64,000 bases of DNA from a virus. The first letter of the stretch is position 1, and every line of letters begins with the position of its first letter. This document shows, one piece after another, positions 1 through 9,477 of the stretch. The position numbers were made by a program, and so were the translations under genes. The DNA is taken from IMG/VR virus record IMGVR_UViG_3300022699_000278, positions 7,070-71,069 of that record, one strand, 5' to 3'. The notes beneath the pieces are model-generated. The model made no database searches, was not told where the DNA came from, and worked only from the letters and a program-made list of their open reading frames with translations.

Positions 1-58
1 GGGCCGTTTCCGTTTGTACTTGCCGTGTTAGGCTATGTACTACGGCCTCTCCTCATTC

Positions 59-193
59 TTAGCGCGCTCGTTCTTCGGTTTTAATCATGCTTAATTGCCC
101 ACATGCTGCACCAGCTTTGATTTCTGCCTGTGTAGCAATGGCAACTGCATAGTCGTAACCTGCATTGTCAAGCGCCTGTTTAATAGTTTCCAT
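59..193 (-). CDS. 44-aa peptide carrying the RlmN/Cfr C-terminal AACGQL motif (not in the ORF track)
   Basis: Manual translation METIKQALDNAGYDYAVAIATQAEIKAGAACGQLSMIKTEERAR*; SD AAGGAG overlaps the upstream stop; different frame from the radical SAM gene. Confidence 0.8.
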   Translation of the reverse strand: METIKQALDNAGYDYAVAIATQAEIKAGAACGQLSMIKTEERAR

Positions 194-203
194 TACCGAC
201 TCC

Positions 204-989
204 TTAGATTAAATTTATTCCCTGTATTGCACCTTCACCCAACCCGTGCAATTCAGAGCATTCGTTTTTATTGATTGGGCTCAATTTGATAAAGAAACAT
301 TCTGGATCAAAGTATTCTTTTAGCTTCTCTATATCAAAATCGGATTCGTCAACTAAAGTCATATTGACGGTTGTTTTAAGCTTACTATCCGTTTTGATTA
401 GACCAAGTTCTTTGTAGGTTAATTTATTCTTGAATGGAATAAGCCAATTTCTTTTTTCTTCATTCAAACTATGGACACTTACCTGTAGAGTGATGTTGTC
501 TTTGACCCAAGAAAAATCAGAACCTTTAATTCCGATAGTGGACAGATAGTGGTGTGTGTCTGGAAACATAGTATCAAATAACCATATTGCCTGTTTCACT
601 TCTTCGACATTTAGGAACGGTTCACCCATTCGGGTATAATTAATTTTGTGTTCCTTTGCGTTTTGAAAACTATAGCATGGATTTTTGGATAACACAAACT
701 CAATCTGTTCCAGTATTTCAAACCTTGATAAATTGCGACACCTTTTCAATTTTCCTGTTGCACAAAATTTGCACCCGACAGGACAACCACTCATACACGA
801 TACACCAATCATCCAACGCTCTGACCTATCACCTGTAGAGGTGTAATCAAGAGCATTCTGCTTTCTTCCGATTGCGTCTTTTGTATAGTACGGAAGAAAG
901 GTATCTGTTACCTCGACCGGATAGCCATCTTCAGTTTCGAGAAGATAGACCGTTCCGTTTGTAAATGACTTGCTGTTTATTTCTTTCAT
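204..989 (-). CDS. RlmN/Cfr-like radical SAM protein lacking the C-terminal ACGQL segment
   Basis: VSCMSGCPVGCKFCATG (CxxxCxxC), RNLSxxEIxxQ, MGEP, STIG, VSVHS motifs; start placed at MKEINSK. Confidence 0.85.
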   Translation of the reverse strand: MKEINSKSFTNGTVYLLETEDGYPVEVTDTFLPYYTKDAIGRKQNALDYTSTGDRSERWMIGVSCMSGCPVGCKFCATGKLKRCRNLSRFEILEQIEFVLSKNPCYSFQNAKEHKINYTRMGEPFLNVEEVKQAIWLFDTMFPDTHHYLSTIGIKGSDFSWVKDNITLQVSVHSLNEEKRNWLIPFKNKLTYKELGLIKTDSKLKTTVNMTLVDESDFDIEKLKEYFDPECFFIKLSPINKNECSELHGLGEGAIQGINLI

Positions 990-1014
990 GGTTTTTGCCT
1001 TTCGAGCGCGCCTC

Positions 1015-1188
1015 TTATGTCTTGGGCCTGTTGTAAGATGTGCCTGCACTCAGTTTGGAAAACCAAGTAATCCCATCTTCTGATACGTATTCGCCTCCAC
1101 AATTATCAGTAAGAAGCCATTTTTTACCGTCAAATGATAATAAAGAAGCCATATATTCTGATCTACTCAATTCACCATAATTTGGCAT
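1015..1188 (-). CDS. 57-aa hypothetical protein (cassette A2)
   Basis: Manual translation MPNYGELSRSEY...SYNRPKT*; purine-rich leader; reads through an R''-like site at 1030-1041. Confidence 0.5.
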   Translation of the reverse strand: MPNYGELSRSEYMASLLSFDGKKWLLTDNCGGEYVSEDGITWFSKLSAGTSYNRPKT

Positions 1189-1247
1189 TTTAATTTTCCT
1201 TTTCCTTTTGTCTTCCGGCGGCGTTCCTCTGTATTCGGGGCAGGTTT

Positions 1248-1407
1248 ATTGCGCCCAACTCCCTCAGGCACCCGCCCGAAGTGGCTTTGTGAAACCCTCG
1301 CATTCATGCATTGTCCACTTGCCCTTATAAGGGATCTCGACACCACGACACCCTTCATTTTGGCACGTTTCACAAAGACATTTTGGGCTGCCTGTGTTGG
1401 TGGGCGT
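1248..1407 (-). repeat. attC-like hairpin A1 with a coding loop
   Basis: CACCAAC-A-CAGGCAGCCC ... GGGCGGGTGCCTG-AGGGA-GTTGGGCGCAAT; arms nearly identical to those at 15184-15355. Confidence 0.75.
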
Positions 1408-1548
1408 GTTTTCGCCATCCGCATTTTTCTGCCGGGCGGCGACCTTGCGAGTAACAACCTCTGTCAACATCGCGTGAGCCATCGTTACGAGTGCATCGTC
1501 TGGCGCTCCACTTACCGCGCTTATCAAGTTTTCTGCCACCTTATCCAC
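1264..1548 (-). CDS. Hypothetical protein (cassette A1), Cys-rich C-terminus encoded in the attC loop
   Basis: ORF with GAAGGTGG leader; shares NTGSPK and LRAGA* with ORF 15200-15517. Confidence 0.6.
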   Translation of the reverse strand: MDKVAENLISAVSGAPDDALVTMAHAMLTEVVTRKVAARQKNADGENTPTNTGSPKCLCETCQNEGCRGVEIPYKGKWTMHECEGFTKPLRAGA

Positions 1549-1594
1549 GATCTACCACCTTCCCCGCCCGGCCTACAATTCTCCAGGCGAAAAT

Positions 1595-1623
1595 ATGTAC
1601 ACCAACTATACGTTATATGTAAT
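1595..1623 (-). other. attI/dif-like recombination site A
   Basis: ATTACATATAAC-GTATA-GTTGGTGTACAT: inverted arms with a 5-nt spacer, heading cassette array A. Confidence 0.65.
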
Positions 1624-1646
1624 GTACATGAGATACACCATTATTA

Positions 1647-1871
1647 TCAATGTCTTATGTTTGGGTATAGTTTTTTTGTATCTATGCCTTTTCTCTGACT
1701 TGCGCGTAACGCCACAATCTGTATTCCATGGTTTATGGTAGCCTGATTATTTTTGTTACCGCCAACAGAAGCAGATACATCCTCATAATATCTTTTCATA
1801 AACCTTGTCAGATTTCCATTAAAACCTTCAAGGGTATGACCACATTTAATTACTCTTTTCTTTTTTTCCAT
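1647..1871 (-). CDS. Hypothetical protein
   Basis: 74-aa ORF downstream of a TTGCGC-N17-TATATT promoter-like sequence. Confidence 0.5.
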   Translation of the reverse strand: MEKKKRVIKCGHTLEGFNGNLTRFMKRYYEDVSASVGGNKNNQATINHGIQIVALRASQRKGIDTKKLYPNIRH

Positions 1872-1906
1872 AGTACAAATATATACTTGTACATAAGTAG
1901 GCGCAA

Positions 1907-2500
1907 CTATTTTTTTGCAAGGATTATATAAATGCCATTGTAGTCACGTTTTCCAGTAAGCTGCAGGTCTGACTCGTACCCGTGCTCTTTCAACATATAC
2001 TTTAATTTGCTGGTATTCCAATGTGGTAGCGGATTGGCTCCAATTTCATCATGACCATATTTGAAAGGATCGCCACTTCTGGTGTGTATAACAACCTTGT
2101 TGCAGCGTTCAAAGACCGTATTTAGTTTTTTTATTTCGTCATCATTTAAGTGGTGCAATACATAGCTTGCTAAAAACAGATCAAACTCAATTTTATCCAG
2201 ATCAACAAACTCGAACATTTCATTTATCAGGGTAACATCTTTTCCTTCAAGGGTTACCTTCGATTGCTTGTAGTACTTTCTGTTCACCTCAATTCCGGTA
2301 TACCCGGCAATTATTCTGTATAAACATAGCGCATACATCCCTGCATTAGAACCAAGCTCAAGAACTTTAGCGCCCTTAAAGAAATCAATATTGTTTTCTA
2401 TCATCGGCAGTCTTTTCTTCAGTTTGTTGTATTTCTGGTATACCTTATCGCCCTTCTTCCAGTTCTTTGATATTTGCCGGTATTCTTTTTCGGTGATCAT
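1907..2500 (-). CDS. Class I SAM-dependent methyltransferase
   Basis: VLELGSNAG motif I, GIE motif II, FDLFLASYVLHHL; paralog of 7358-8518; ATGA coupling to the upstream ORF. Confidence 0.85.
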   Translation of the reverse strand: MITEKEYRQISKNWKKGDKVYQKYNKLKKRLPMIENNIDFFKGAKVLELGSNAGMYALCLYRIIAGYTGIEVNRKYYKQSKVTLEGKDVTLINEMFEFVDLDKIEFDLFLASYVLHHLNDDEIKKLNTVFERCNKVVIHTRSGDPFKYGHDEIGANPLPHWNTSKLKYMLKEHGYESDLQLTGKRDYNGIYIILAKK

Positions 2501-2691
2501 TTTACAGTTCCTATAATACAAACCATATCGTCCGGAAAGTTACAATCAGCACTTTCAAAGCTTATTTTCTCCATACCAAAACATTTGTCATCAGCAGCTA
2601 TTAAGTACTTCCATCCTCCACGTTCTTCATAATGCATCGGCTCTTTTGGCCCATCTACGTATCCATACCTATACTGATACTCATCTTTCAT
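2497..2691 (-). CDS. Hypothetical protein
   Basis: 64-aa ORF with ATGA overlap to the methyltransferase. Confidence 0.5.
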   Translation of the reverse strand: MKDEYQYRYGYVDGPKEPMHYEERGGWKYLIAADDKCFGMEKISFESADCNFPDDMVCIIGTVK

Positions 2692-2788
2692 GGGTGAAAC
2701 CCTACCGATCTATCGTTTGGCCTTGTAGACGTACACCTGCTTAGTATTTCATCTTTTGTGTATTTTATATATATATTTGATTGACTCA

Positions 2789-3052
2789 TTACCCTATTAA
2801 ATACGACTTAGAAAATCTTTTTTTTAAAAGCTTTTCCCTTTTCTTACCCTCAGTAGTTTCCCACCAGTCCTTATCGTATTCTTTATTATACTCCAAAAGT
2901 TTATATGACATTTTCTTCGCCATACGCTCAGCTTCTACAAGCTTTTTACGCACCCTTCTGTCATGTTTTTTGTCACCTTGGTGAAGATCATTTATTTCTC
3001 TGAGGACTTCGCAAAGAGTTCTTACCTTAGTTGCTCTTCGTAACGACATCAC
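2789..3052 (-). CDS. Hypothetical basic protein
   Basis: Overlaps the GT4 stop, operon-like. Confidence 0.6.
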   Translation of the reverse strand: MMSLRRATKVRTLCEVLREINDLHQGDKKHDRRVRKKLVEAERMAKKMSYKLLEYNKEYDKDWWETTEGKKREKLLKKRFSKSYLIG

Positions 3053-4011
3053 AGCGCCACAGCACTTTCTTTTTTAACGTCAATCAACACACTTTCAAAT
3101 GCTTTCTTATACTGCCTGGCAATAGTATCTATATGGATGTGTGCTGGCACAATCATCGTCTTCCTATATGACAAAAGCCCATCAAGTGCTTTTTCAACCA
3201 ATTCAGTATCTATTGGGGGTGGGCTGTTTTTCTGCAACGTTGGCTTTATTGGCTTACTGTCCAGTGGAAGTATTGCACCATACTCTTTTACTATTTCGGC
3301 GTTGCCGCCGATATTGCCTGATATAACAGGTGTCCCGGCAGCAAGAGCTTCAACAACAGCATTGTCACACCATGAAAACCAGCAGATGCTTACCATCACA
3401 TCTGCCATAACCAAGTATCGGCGCAGCAGCTTTTCCGAAACATCTCCTACATATTTAATCTGTTCTTTTGATTTTCTTTCTTCTCTTATTTTGCCACAAA
3501 ACCAGAAACACACATCGGAGTGTTTTTTTATATAATTCTCAGCAATACGAATCATTTCTCTCATCCGCTTATGGGGCCTGACTTTGCTGGATACATATCT
3601 TCCTGAGACTATAACATTCTTTGGGTACTCCGAATCCATTGGCTCAACTTTATAATCTTCAGGATTAGCTCCGTTATATATAATAAACTCCTTTTTGCCC
3701 CTAACTCCAAGTATCTTGGTTACCATGTCGTATGCGAATTTTGTCTGGTAGATAACACCGTCACTAGTTTTTATCGTGTGCTTTATCATTTTCCTGCGCC
3801 AATCGTATTTCTTATCCTTTTCCAGATGAATCCCGTCTATTCGAATCACTTTTCTGCCTTTAGGCTTTTTCTTCCAGTACGACAGCCCAAGTGTCAAATC
3901 TGGCTTGCTGGTGACTATTTCAACACCATTTCTCTCAAGTGCAGGAATAAGCCGTTGTATAAACTTGCTTTTCCCGGTTGAATTCTTCTCGTATTGTATA
4001 GCTATTTTCAT
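3049..4011 (-). CDS. Glycosyltransferase family 4 (GT-B)
   Basis: IIYNG, HKR, NAVVEALAAGTPVISGNIGGNAE (EX7E-type region). Confidence 0.9.
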   Translation of the reverse strand: MKIAIQYEKNSTGKSKFIQRLIPALERNGVEIVTSKPDLTLGLSYWKKKPKGRKVIRIDGIHLEKDKKYDWRRKMIKHTIKTSDGVIYQTKFAYDMVTKILGVRGKKEFIIYNGANPEDYKVEPMDSEYPKNVIVSGRYVSSKVRPHKRMREMIRIAENYIKKHSDVCFWFCGKIREERKSKEQIKYVGDVSEKLLRRYLVMADVMVSICWFSWCDNAVVEALAAGTPVISGNIGGNAEIVKEYGAILPLDSKPIKPTLQKNSPPPIDTELVEKALDGLLSYRKTMIVPAHIHIDTIARQYKKAFESVLIDVKKESAVAL

Positions 4012-4129
4012 ATGTCTATGCTCGTGATAGATACTAAGTCACTAACCTCAAGGTCTTCAAAGGAAGGTGTGAGCATCTCCAAAAACTTACCTTTCCCAAA
4101 TTCATTTAACTTATATTGAATGTGAAGTT

Positions 4130-4846
4130 TCAAAGAATACGTTCCTTGTAATAATTATAAAGTTTATTCCATTTATCATGAACAGTTTTGTTTTTTCTAC
4201 TACAATGCCAAATAATAGAATCATCAGAAAATTGATTATCATTATATTTTTTACCAAGTTCCTGAAAATCTATTTGGTCCTTAAATTTATTGTAACATTT
4301 CCACAAATATTTCTGGTCGTCATACCATTCCAAATGTCGTTCAAGTTTTTCATTCAATCGTTTCAACAAAGCTCGTGTTATATTACTATTCCCTAAAACA
4401 AATACCCCTTTCTGTAATTTTCTTTTGTCCGACTGATCAGGTTTATACATAATCTTCATTGTATTCGCTTTAACATTTTCCCACAACTCGTCAAGATTTC
4501 CTCTTACTATAATATCGACATCCATATGAGCAACTTTTGAATATCCTTCATTTAATGCATCTACCATTGGTGCCGTTCTTTTTGACATTATTGAATTACC
4601 ATAAACATGATTTTTGTATGTAGAAATATTTTTTTCAGATAATATTGAATCTCCATAAACATGGATTCTGCGAACTGTTATATTTTTGTAAACATTTTTT
4701 ATTTTTATACATGATTCTTCAGATAAATCATATGCATATACCAACACTTTTTCATCAAGAGCATTCTCGGAGATTGATTTTAACATAACGCACAATTGTT
4801 CAACATAATTACCATAATTGTTTATTTCCACAGTAATTATATTCAT
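4130..4846 (-). CDS. GT-A fold glycosyltransferase (GT8/GT77-like)
   Basis: MDVDIIVRG DxD motif, DDQKYL, C-terminal KYND...IIWH. Confidence 0.75.
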   Translation of the reverse strand: MNIITVEINNYGNYVEQLCVMLKSISENALDEKVLVYAYDLSEESCIKIKNVYKNITVRRIHVYGDSILSEKNISTYKNHVYGNSIMSKRTAPMVDALNEGYSKVAHMDVDIIVRGNLDELWENVKANTMKIMYKPDQSDKRKLQKGVFVLGNSNITRALLKRLNEKLERHLEWYDDQKYLWKCYNKFKDQIDFQELGKKYNDNQFSDDSIIWHCSRKNKTVHDKWNKLYNYYKERIL

Positions 4847-4874
4847 AGTAATATTTCTACCTTATTTTTTAGGT

Positions 4875-5633
4875 TCATATCGGAAACATCGTGTTTTCTC
4901 TGGTAATGCCCTTTTTTTCCATCTGTCGCAACCGCTTCTTCTGCAATTGTTTCGTTTCTTTATACCATTTATTATCAGCTTTTCTCTTCTTATGTTTCTC
5001 CTCCGAATGCTTCCGATAGAAAGCAACCGGAATATCAATCTTTTTCTTTTTGACGTGATTAAACGGCGAATCTGGATGTATCCCGAGGCGCATGCTCATT
5101 TCCTTGTCTTCTCCTGATCGCAGCCCTTCGTACCAGCCGCCGAATCGCTCAAACACTCTTCTCCTGTACATAACTGTCTGCGGATTTACCTCTGAGGGAT
5201 GTACTCTCAGTTTACGCATCTTCTGGCATGCCTCATAGTACATCAAATCACCACGTACTTCGAGCGCCTTACCCCATACAACATCTATTTTCGGGTGTTT
5301 ATCGAGGTATATTTTCTGCAACCTCAAAGAACCTGGCACACGCATGTCATCGGCATCGAGAAATGTAATGTAGTCTCCTTTAGATATTTTAAGCCCTATA
5401 TTCCTCGCCACCGAAACACCACCGTTCACATTCAAGGGTATATAATGTATGTTTCGTTCGGGAAATTTAAAAGGCCGGAAGATGTCGTTTACCACGTCCT
5501 TTGTTTGGTCGGTACTTGCATCGTCAACTATTATTACCTCTAAGCTGTCTTTGTCGAGTTCCCACACTACCGAATGAAACGCGCTCATAATGTATCTGGC
5601 ATAGTTATATGTCGGTATTATTACGCTAATCAT
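4875..5633 (-). CDS. Glycosyltransferase family 2
   Basis: ISVIIPTYN, IIVDDASTD, NGGVSVARNIGL, FLDADD, GED. Confidence 0.95.
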   Translation of the reverse strand: MISVIIPTYNYARYIMSAFHSVVWELDKDSLEVIIVDDASTDQTKDVVNDIFRPFKFPERNIHYIPLNVNGGVSVARNIGLKISKGDYITFLDADDMRVPGSLRLQKIYLDKHPKIDVVWGKALEVRGDLMYYEACQKMRKLRVHPSEVNPQTVMYRRRVFERFGGWYEGLRSGEDKEMSMRLGIHPDSPFNHVKKKKIDIPVAFYRKHSEEKHKKRKADNKWYKETKQLQKKRLRQMEKKGITRENTMFPI

Positions 5634-6184
5634 AGCATTCCCATAACTTTCTTCTCAAATTTACCGCCCTTGTGCGATCCCGGCTTGTTGTCCTCTGCAA
5701 TCTGAACCGGCACAAACTCCATTCCAACAGCATACATGGCAGCACACCTTCTGCCGCCATGGTATATTTCATATCCTGTAAGCCAGTCGGCAAGGTATTC
5801 AAACCGCGTCTTCCACAATGGTTCTGCAAGCACCAGCACCGGCTGTGCTGCATTACGGCTTTTGCTGAAGCCACGCTTCTTTATACTCTTGAGTATTTTA
5901 TACCTGGACCCAAAGATATGCTCCTTAATAGCGCTTTCAGTCCACTTCTTCATACCAAGCTTATACCTCCACCTGCGGTCCTCTGCAAATCGGCAATGCT
6001 TTAATACCGTCCAGTTCCGCCCGTGTTTAAGAAGCATCTGCGCACACTCCACCTGCGGACTCTTCGGAAGGCTCATGTCGTATCCCCATATATCGTGGTT
6101 TATCAGCTTAGGGATAAACTGATATTTCAGTTCACGCAGTGGAAGGCTTACCGGTTTTCCTTCGAGGAGGGCGTATTCACTCAT
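5630..6184 (-). CDS. ParB/Srx-like domain protein
   Basis: KSIKKRGF...PVLV...YEIYHGGRRCAAMYAVGMEFVPV resembles the ParB N-terminal G-x-x-R motif. Confidence 0.6.
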   Translation of the reverse strand: MSEYALLEGKPVSLPLRELKYQFIPKLINHDIWGYDMSLPKSPQVECAQMLLKHGRNWTVLKHCRFAEDRRWRYKLGMKKWTESAIKEHIFGSRYKILKSIKKRGFSKSRNAAQPVLVLAEPLWKTRFEYLADWLTGYEIYHGGRRCAAMYAVGMEFVPVQIAEDNKPGSHKGGKFEKKVMGML

Positions 6185-7122
6185 ATCAGCGCCCTGAAGA
6201 AGGTTAAATACTGTTTGGCAATATTCTGAATGTATAATTCCTTAGCCAAGCCCTTATCGTAGTTCCATGTCAATGATTCTTTCATGGCCTTTATAAGGAC
6301 TTCCTGATTTATCTTTGGTGGCTTGTTGAGATTTACCGGTCTGTATTTAAACGGTTTATCTTTCAATACCTTCCCGAATACCAGCAACTCATGCGTACCA
6401 CCCTGATCTGTGCATATTACCGGGAGCCCGGCCACTTGTGCCTCAACAACACTGTTCGGACATGCGTCCACATAGGTAAGATGTATCATCGCGTGGCACG
6501 ATCTATAATAAACCGCCAGTTTGTCATCTTTTACATTGTCCTCAAATATTATGTTCCCGTTGTTACCGTACTTCTTATTATACCCCAGAGTGTCGCCGCA
6601 AACATAAAGCGTACTCTTTGGAATTCCAGCTTCAAGAAACGCTCGTATAATTTGATTCAGACGTTTTTGTTTCAACCATACTCTCGTGCTTGCTAAAAAT
6701 ATTACCCGCTCCGGATCGGTTTTTATAAGTGGCTCTACACCATAATTCCGTGGGTCGGCACCGTTGAGTATCACTGTCTCCGGTTTGTTCGGTTTGCATA
6801 CAAGCTTGTGATAAATCTTTTGGGCGTAGAAGGACTGATAAACAACGGCGTCAGCCTTTTTAACTGAAAGCGCCTTTTCGTTGTTTATCTTACGCCAGTT
6901 CATATTGGTGTCAATATTTGCTGGCCCAACGCGGATAACCTGTACCTTGGCTTTTGAACCATAGTTCATCCTACCGATATTAAGAGCAATGTCCGCTTTG
7001 GCCTTCGAATCAGGAGTAACGTTTATACCCATTTCATGCCATGCTTTAACAAGGCGTTGGCAAAATTTACCTTTCCCGGTTTTCCCACGGGCGTAGTATT
7101 TTGGATTTACATGTATCTTCAC
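6181..7122 (-). CDS. Glycosyltransferase family 4 (GT-B)
   Basis: VILNG, QKR, DACPNSVVEAQVAGLPVICTDQGGTHE; paralog of 3049-4011. Confidence 0.9.
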   Translation of the reverse strand: MKIHVNPKYYARGKTGKGKFCQRLVKAWHEMGINVTPDSKAKADIALNIGRMNYGSKAKVQVIRVGPANIDTNMNWRKINNEKALSVKKADAVVYQSFYAQKIYHKLVCKPNKPETVILNGADPRNYGVEPLIKTDPERVIFLASTRVWLKQKRLNQIIRAFLEAGIPKSTLYVCGDTLGYNKKYGNNGNIIFEDNVKDDKLAVYYRSCHAMIHLTYVDACPNSVVEAQVAGLPVICTDQGGTHELLVFGKVLKDKPFKYRPVNLNKPPKINQEVLIKAMKESLTWNYDKGLAKELYIQNIAKQYLTFFRALI

Positions 7123-7128
7123 ATTTCC

Positions 7129-7728
7129 TCAATCAATATCACAGAGATACCACCGCTTTTCCTTTGAGTGCCACATCATATCTCCTATTTTGTAACTGCC
7201 GAACGTTTTTACACCGTGTTTTGCCTGTGTTCTTTTCGCCCATTTAACAAACTTCTTGTACCCTTCCGGCGAGTGATCGAGGTGTGAGTCTGCACCCCAA
7301 TCATACGGTATTCCATACATGTAGTCCTGCCACGCCTTTTCCATGGCAGGAATGTGCTCAGTCTTTATCGCATAAGCCTTCGCCTTGTGCAATGTTCTTT
7401 TGAACAGAAGGTTTATGTTCACCTGTACTATTTTCATTGGCTTTGGTGCTACGCCGAGTTCGTGGAGCTTTTGCCACTTTTTGAATATCTTTTTCACGTA
7501 CCGGAGCTTTTGTGCTTTTTTCCATGACAGGCTGTAATACACCTTCATCCCCACTATCCTGCTTTTTTGTACGTAGATTCCGACCCGTCCCTTTGGCAAC
7601 ATCTTTCCTTTGAGTAGTACCGCGTGGCTTCCCTTCAGAAACCCGTCCTTGCCATTGACGTGTACTCCGTCCTCGGGAGCTTTCATCTTTTTCCTCTCGA
7701 TGAACTTCAGCACTCCCTTTATCTCCAT
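7129..7728 (-). CDS. Putative kinase-like protein (RIO/Bud32/Kdo-kinase type fold)
   Basis: VGMKVY (Lys), LHELGVAPKP, terminal WYLCDID; SD GGAGG before ATG. Confidence 0.5.
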   Translation of the reverse strand: MEIKGVLKFIERKKMKAPEDGVHVNGKDGFLKGSHAVLLKGKMLPKGRVGIYVQKSRIVGMKVYYSLSWKKAQKLRYVKKIFKKWQKLHELGVAPKPMKIVQVNINLLFKRTLHKAKAYAIKTEHIPAMEKAWQDYMYGIPYDWGADSHLDHSPEGYKKFVKWAKRTQAKHGVKTFGSYKIGDMMWHSKEKRWYLCDID

Positions 7729-8518
7729 CCAGAGCCTCCTTGGTTTCTGCGTCTATGCTTTCCTGCATTGCCTTTTCCTCAATGCTCCTCATCTCTTCTT
7801 TGGTTGTCCCATTTTCTGCAGCAGTTTTTTTTACCGCCTTGGCACCCTCGGCCAATTCCTCCGTGATTTCTTTTGTGTATGTCGTCTTTTCAGGCTCAAC
7901 AAACCCCGGCTTCGTTCCGATCACAATATGGAATTTTTTGTCAGGCCCGAACTCCCACTTTGTCTCGAAGCCGTTTTTCTGCAGGTAGTTTATCACGCTG
8001 TTGTAATGCCAGAATGCATGGTTGTTGTGCTTTCGGCGACCTTTTTTGTTTCTTTTGGCATATCGACTCATTACAATGATCACATCAACTTTCGGCAGCA
8101 CGTTCTTCTGAAACATGTCCACCTCTTTGTCACTGAAGTGATAGAGAACATACGAAAGGAAAACCGCATCAACCGGTCGCGAAATAGTCCCTCGTGCAGT
8201 TCTCCGCATAAACGTTTTAACGCTCATGTTCATGAACTCAACGTCCTTGTTTTTAATTTGCTTTTTGATTTCCAGGGCCTGGTTATAATACCCATTCTCG
8301 CCCTCAACACCGGTATACGATTTTGCAATCTGAGCAATATGATACCCGGCGAGCCCGGCATTTGAGCCAACTTCAAGCACATTTTTCCCGGTAAACAGGG
8401 TGATATGCTTCAGCAGCGTAGGAAATCGAACAGTATACCTGTCGTATTTTTGGTATACCGTTCCGTGCTTTTTCCAGTCCTTTGAAAGTTCGTTGTATTG
8501 CTTTTTAGTCAGCAACAT
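7358..8518 (-). CDS. SAM-dependent methyltransferase with a long charged C-terminal tail
   Basis: VLEVGSNAG, GVE, LSYVLYHF; SD GAGGAG; tail overlaps the kinase-like gene by 371 nt. Confidence 0.8.
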   Translation of the reverse strand: MLLTKKQYNELSKDWKKHGTVYQKYDRYTVRFPTLLKHITLFTGKNVLEVGSNAGLAGYHIAQIAKSYTGVEGENGYYNQALEIKKQIKNKDVEFMNMSVKTFMRRTARGTISRPVDAVFLSYVLYHFSDKEVDMFQKNVLPKVDVIIVMSRYAKRNKKGRRKHNNHAFWHYNSVINYLQKNGFETKWEFGPDKKFHIVIGTKPGFVEPEKTTYTKEITEELAEGAKAVKKTAAENGTTKEEMRSIEEKAMQESIDAETKEALDGDKGSAEVHREEKDESSRGRSTRQWQGRVSEGKPRGTTQRKDVAKGTGRNLRTKKQDSGDEGVLQPVMEKSTKAPVREKDIQKVAKAPRTRRSTKANENSTGEHKPSVQKNIAQGEGLCDKD

Positions 8519-8529
8519 TGTATTCTCCT

Positions 8530-9477
8530 CTATTTTAATATGTTTACCAACCACATCATAGCCTGTTCTCGATTGCCTATTTTGCTTTTTATAACTTTAA
8601 TGTGTTCCTCGTTATCTAAATATACTGCATTTTTTATGGTTTTAATCGCCGATTTAACATTCAATGCCTTGTATTTCAAAGCAGTTTTCCCTGGTATACA
8701 GTGGTCGCTGCAGCCAGCCAGTGGTGCATCCGGGTATATTACCTTACACCCGCACAGTGCAGCCTCTATCGGTGGGTTATGTAGCCCTTCCTTTGTGCTT
8801 GTGGATACCCATGTCCCTATAGTATTATACATTTTTATCAGCTGCGAGTGTGAAGGGTTTTTTATAAACAGAACGAACCTGTCGTCAACAAAACGCCATA
8901 TTTTTTTATTCAAGTCATACCCATACCCAAAGTAGTTGTATTTATCACCAAGATTTTTAATCAGCTTCATTGCAAAATCAAAGTTTTTGCGTGGCTTGGT
9001 TGAAACCAGAAAACCAAGGCTCTTCGGGTTCCTTGCACCATTGTTGCTCCACTTGTCTATATCAACACCCTGATGTGCGATAGCCGTTTTTATACCGTGA
9101 GCAAGAAACCAGTCGTACAGGTTTTCACTGTTTACTATGACGTGAACCCTTCTGGCCTTTCTCAGAATATTAGCTTTTGACATTTGATGACTTTCAAGAA
9201 GCCTACACCAATAGTAGGCCCTTGCATTTTTTGGCTTTGTTTTTAACATGGGGCCAATGTCGCTTATTGAACATGCTATGCAAACATCTGTATCCGGGGG
9301 AATTCTTTTTAATGGTGGCTTATGCTTAATCCAAGTGTGCCTATCAGAATGAGTAACAATATGCGTTCTGTGTCCAAGCTTATTCAGAGTCTGTGTACAT
9401 AATATTATAGTTCGGCTGCCGCCACACTGGTTTAATCCACCATAATATGGATGCTGTGCACAGAAAGCTATTTTCAT
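8530..9477 (-). CDS. Glycosyltransferase family 4 (GT-B)
   Basis: GGSR N-terminal motif, RKN, EGLHNPPIEAALCG. Confidence 0.85.
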   Translation of the reverse strand: MKIAFCAQHPYYGGLNQCGGSRTIILCTQTLNKLGHRTHIVTHSDRHTWIKHKPPLKRIPPDTDVCIACSISDIGPMLKTKPKNARAYYWCRLLESHQMSKANILRKARRVHVIVNSENLYDWFLAHGIKTAIAHQGVDIDKWSNNGARNPKSLGFLVSTKPRKNFDFAMKLIKNLGDKYNYFGYGYDLNKKIWRFVDDRFVLFIKNPSHSQLIKMYNTIGTWVSTSTKEGLHNPPIEAALCGCKVIYPDAPLAGCSDHCIPGKTALKYKALNVKSAIKTIKNAVYLDNEEHIKVIKSKIGNREQAMMWLVNILK

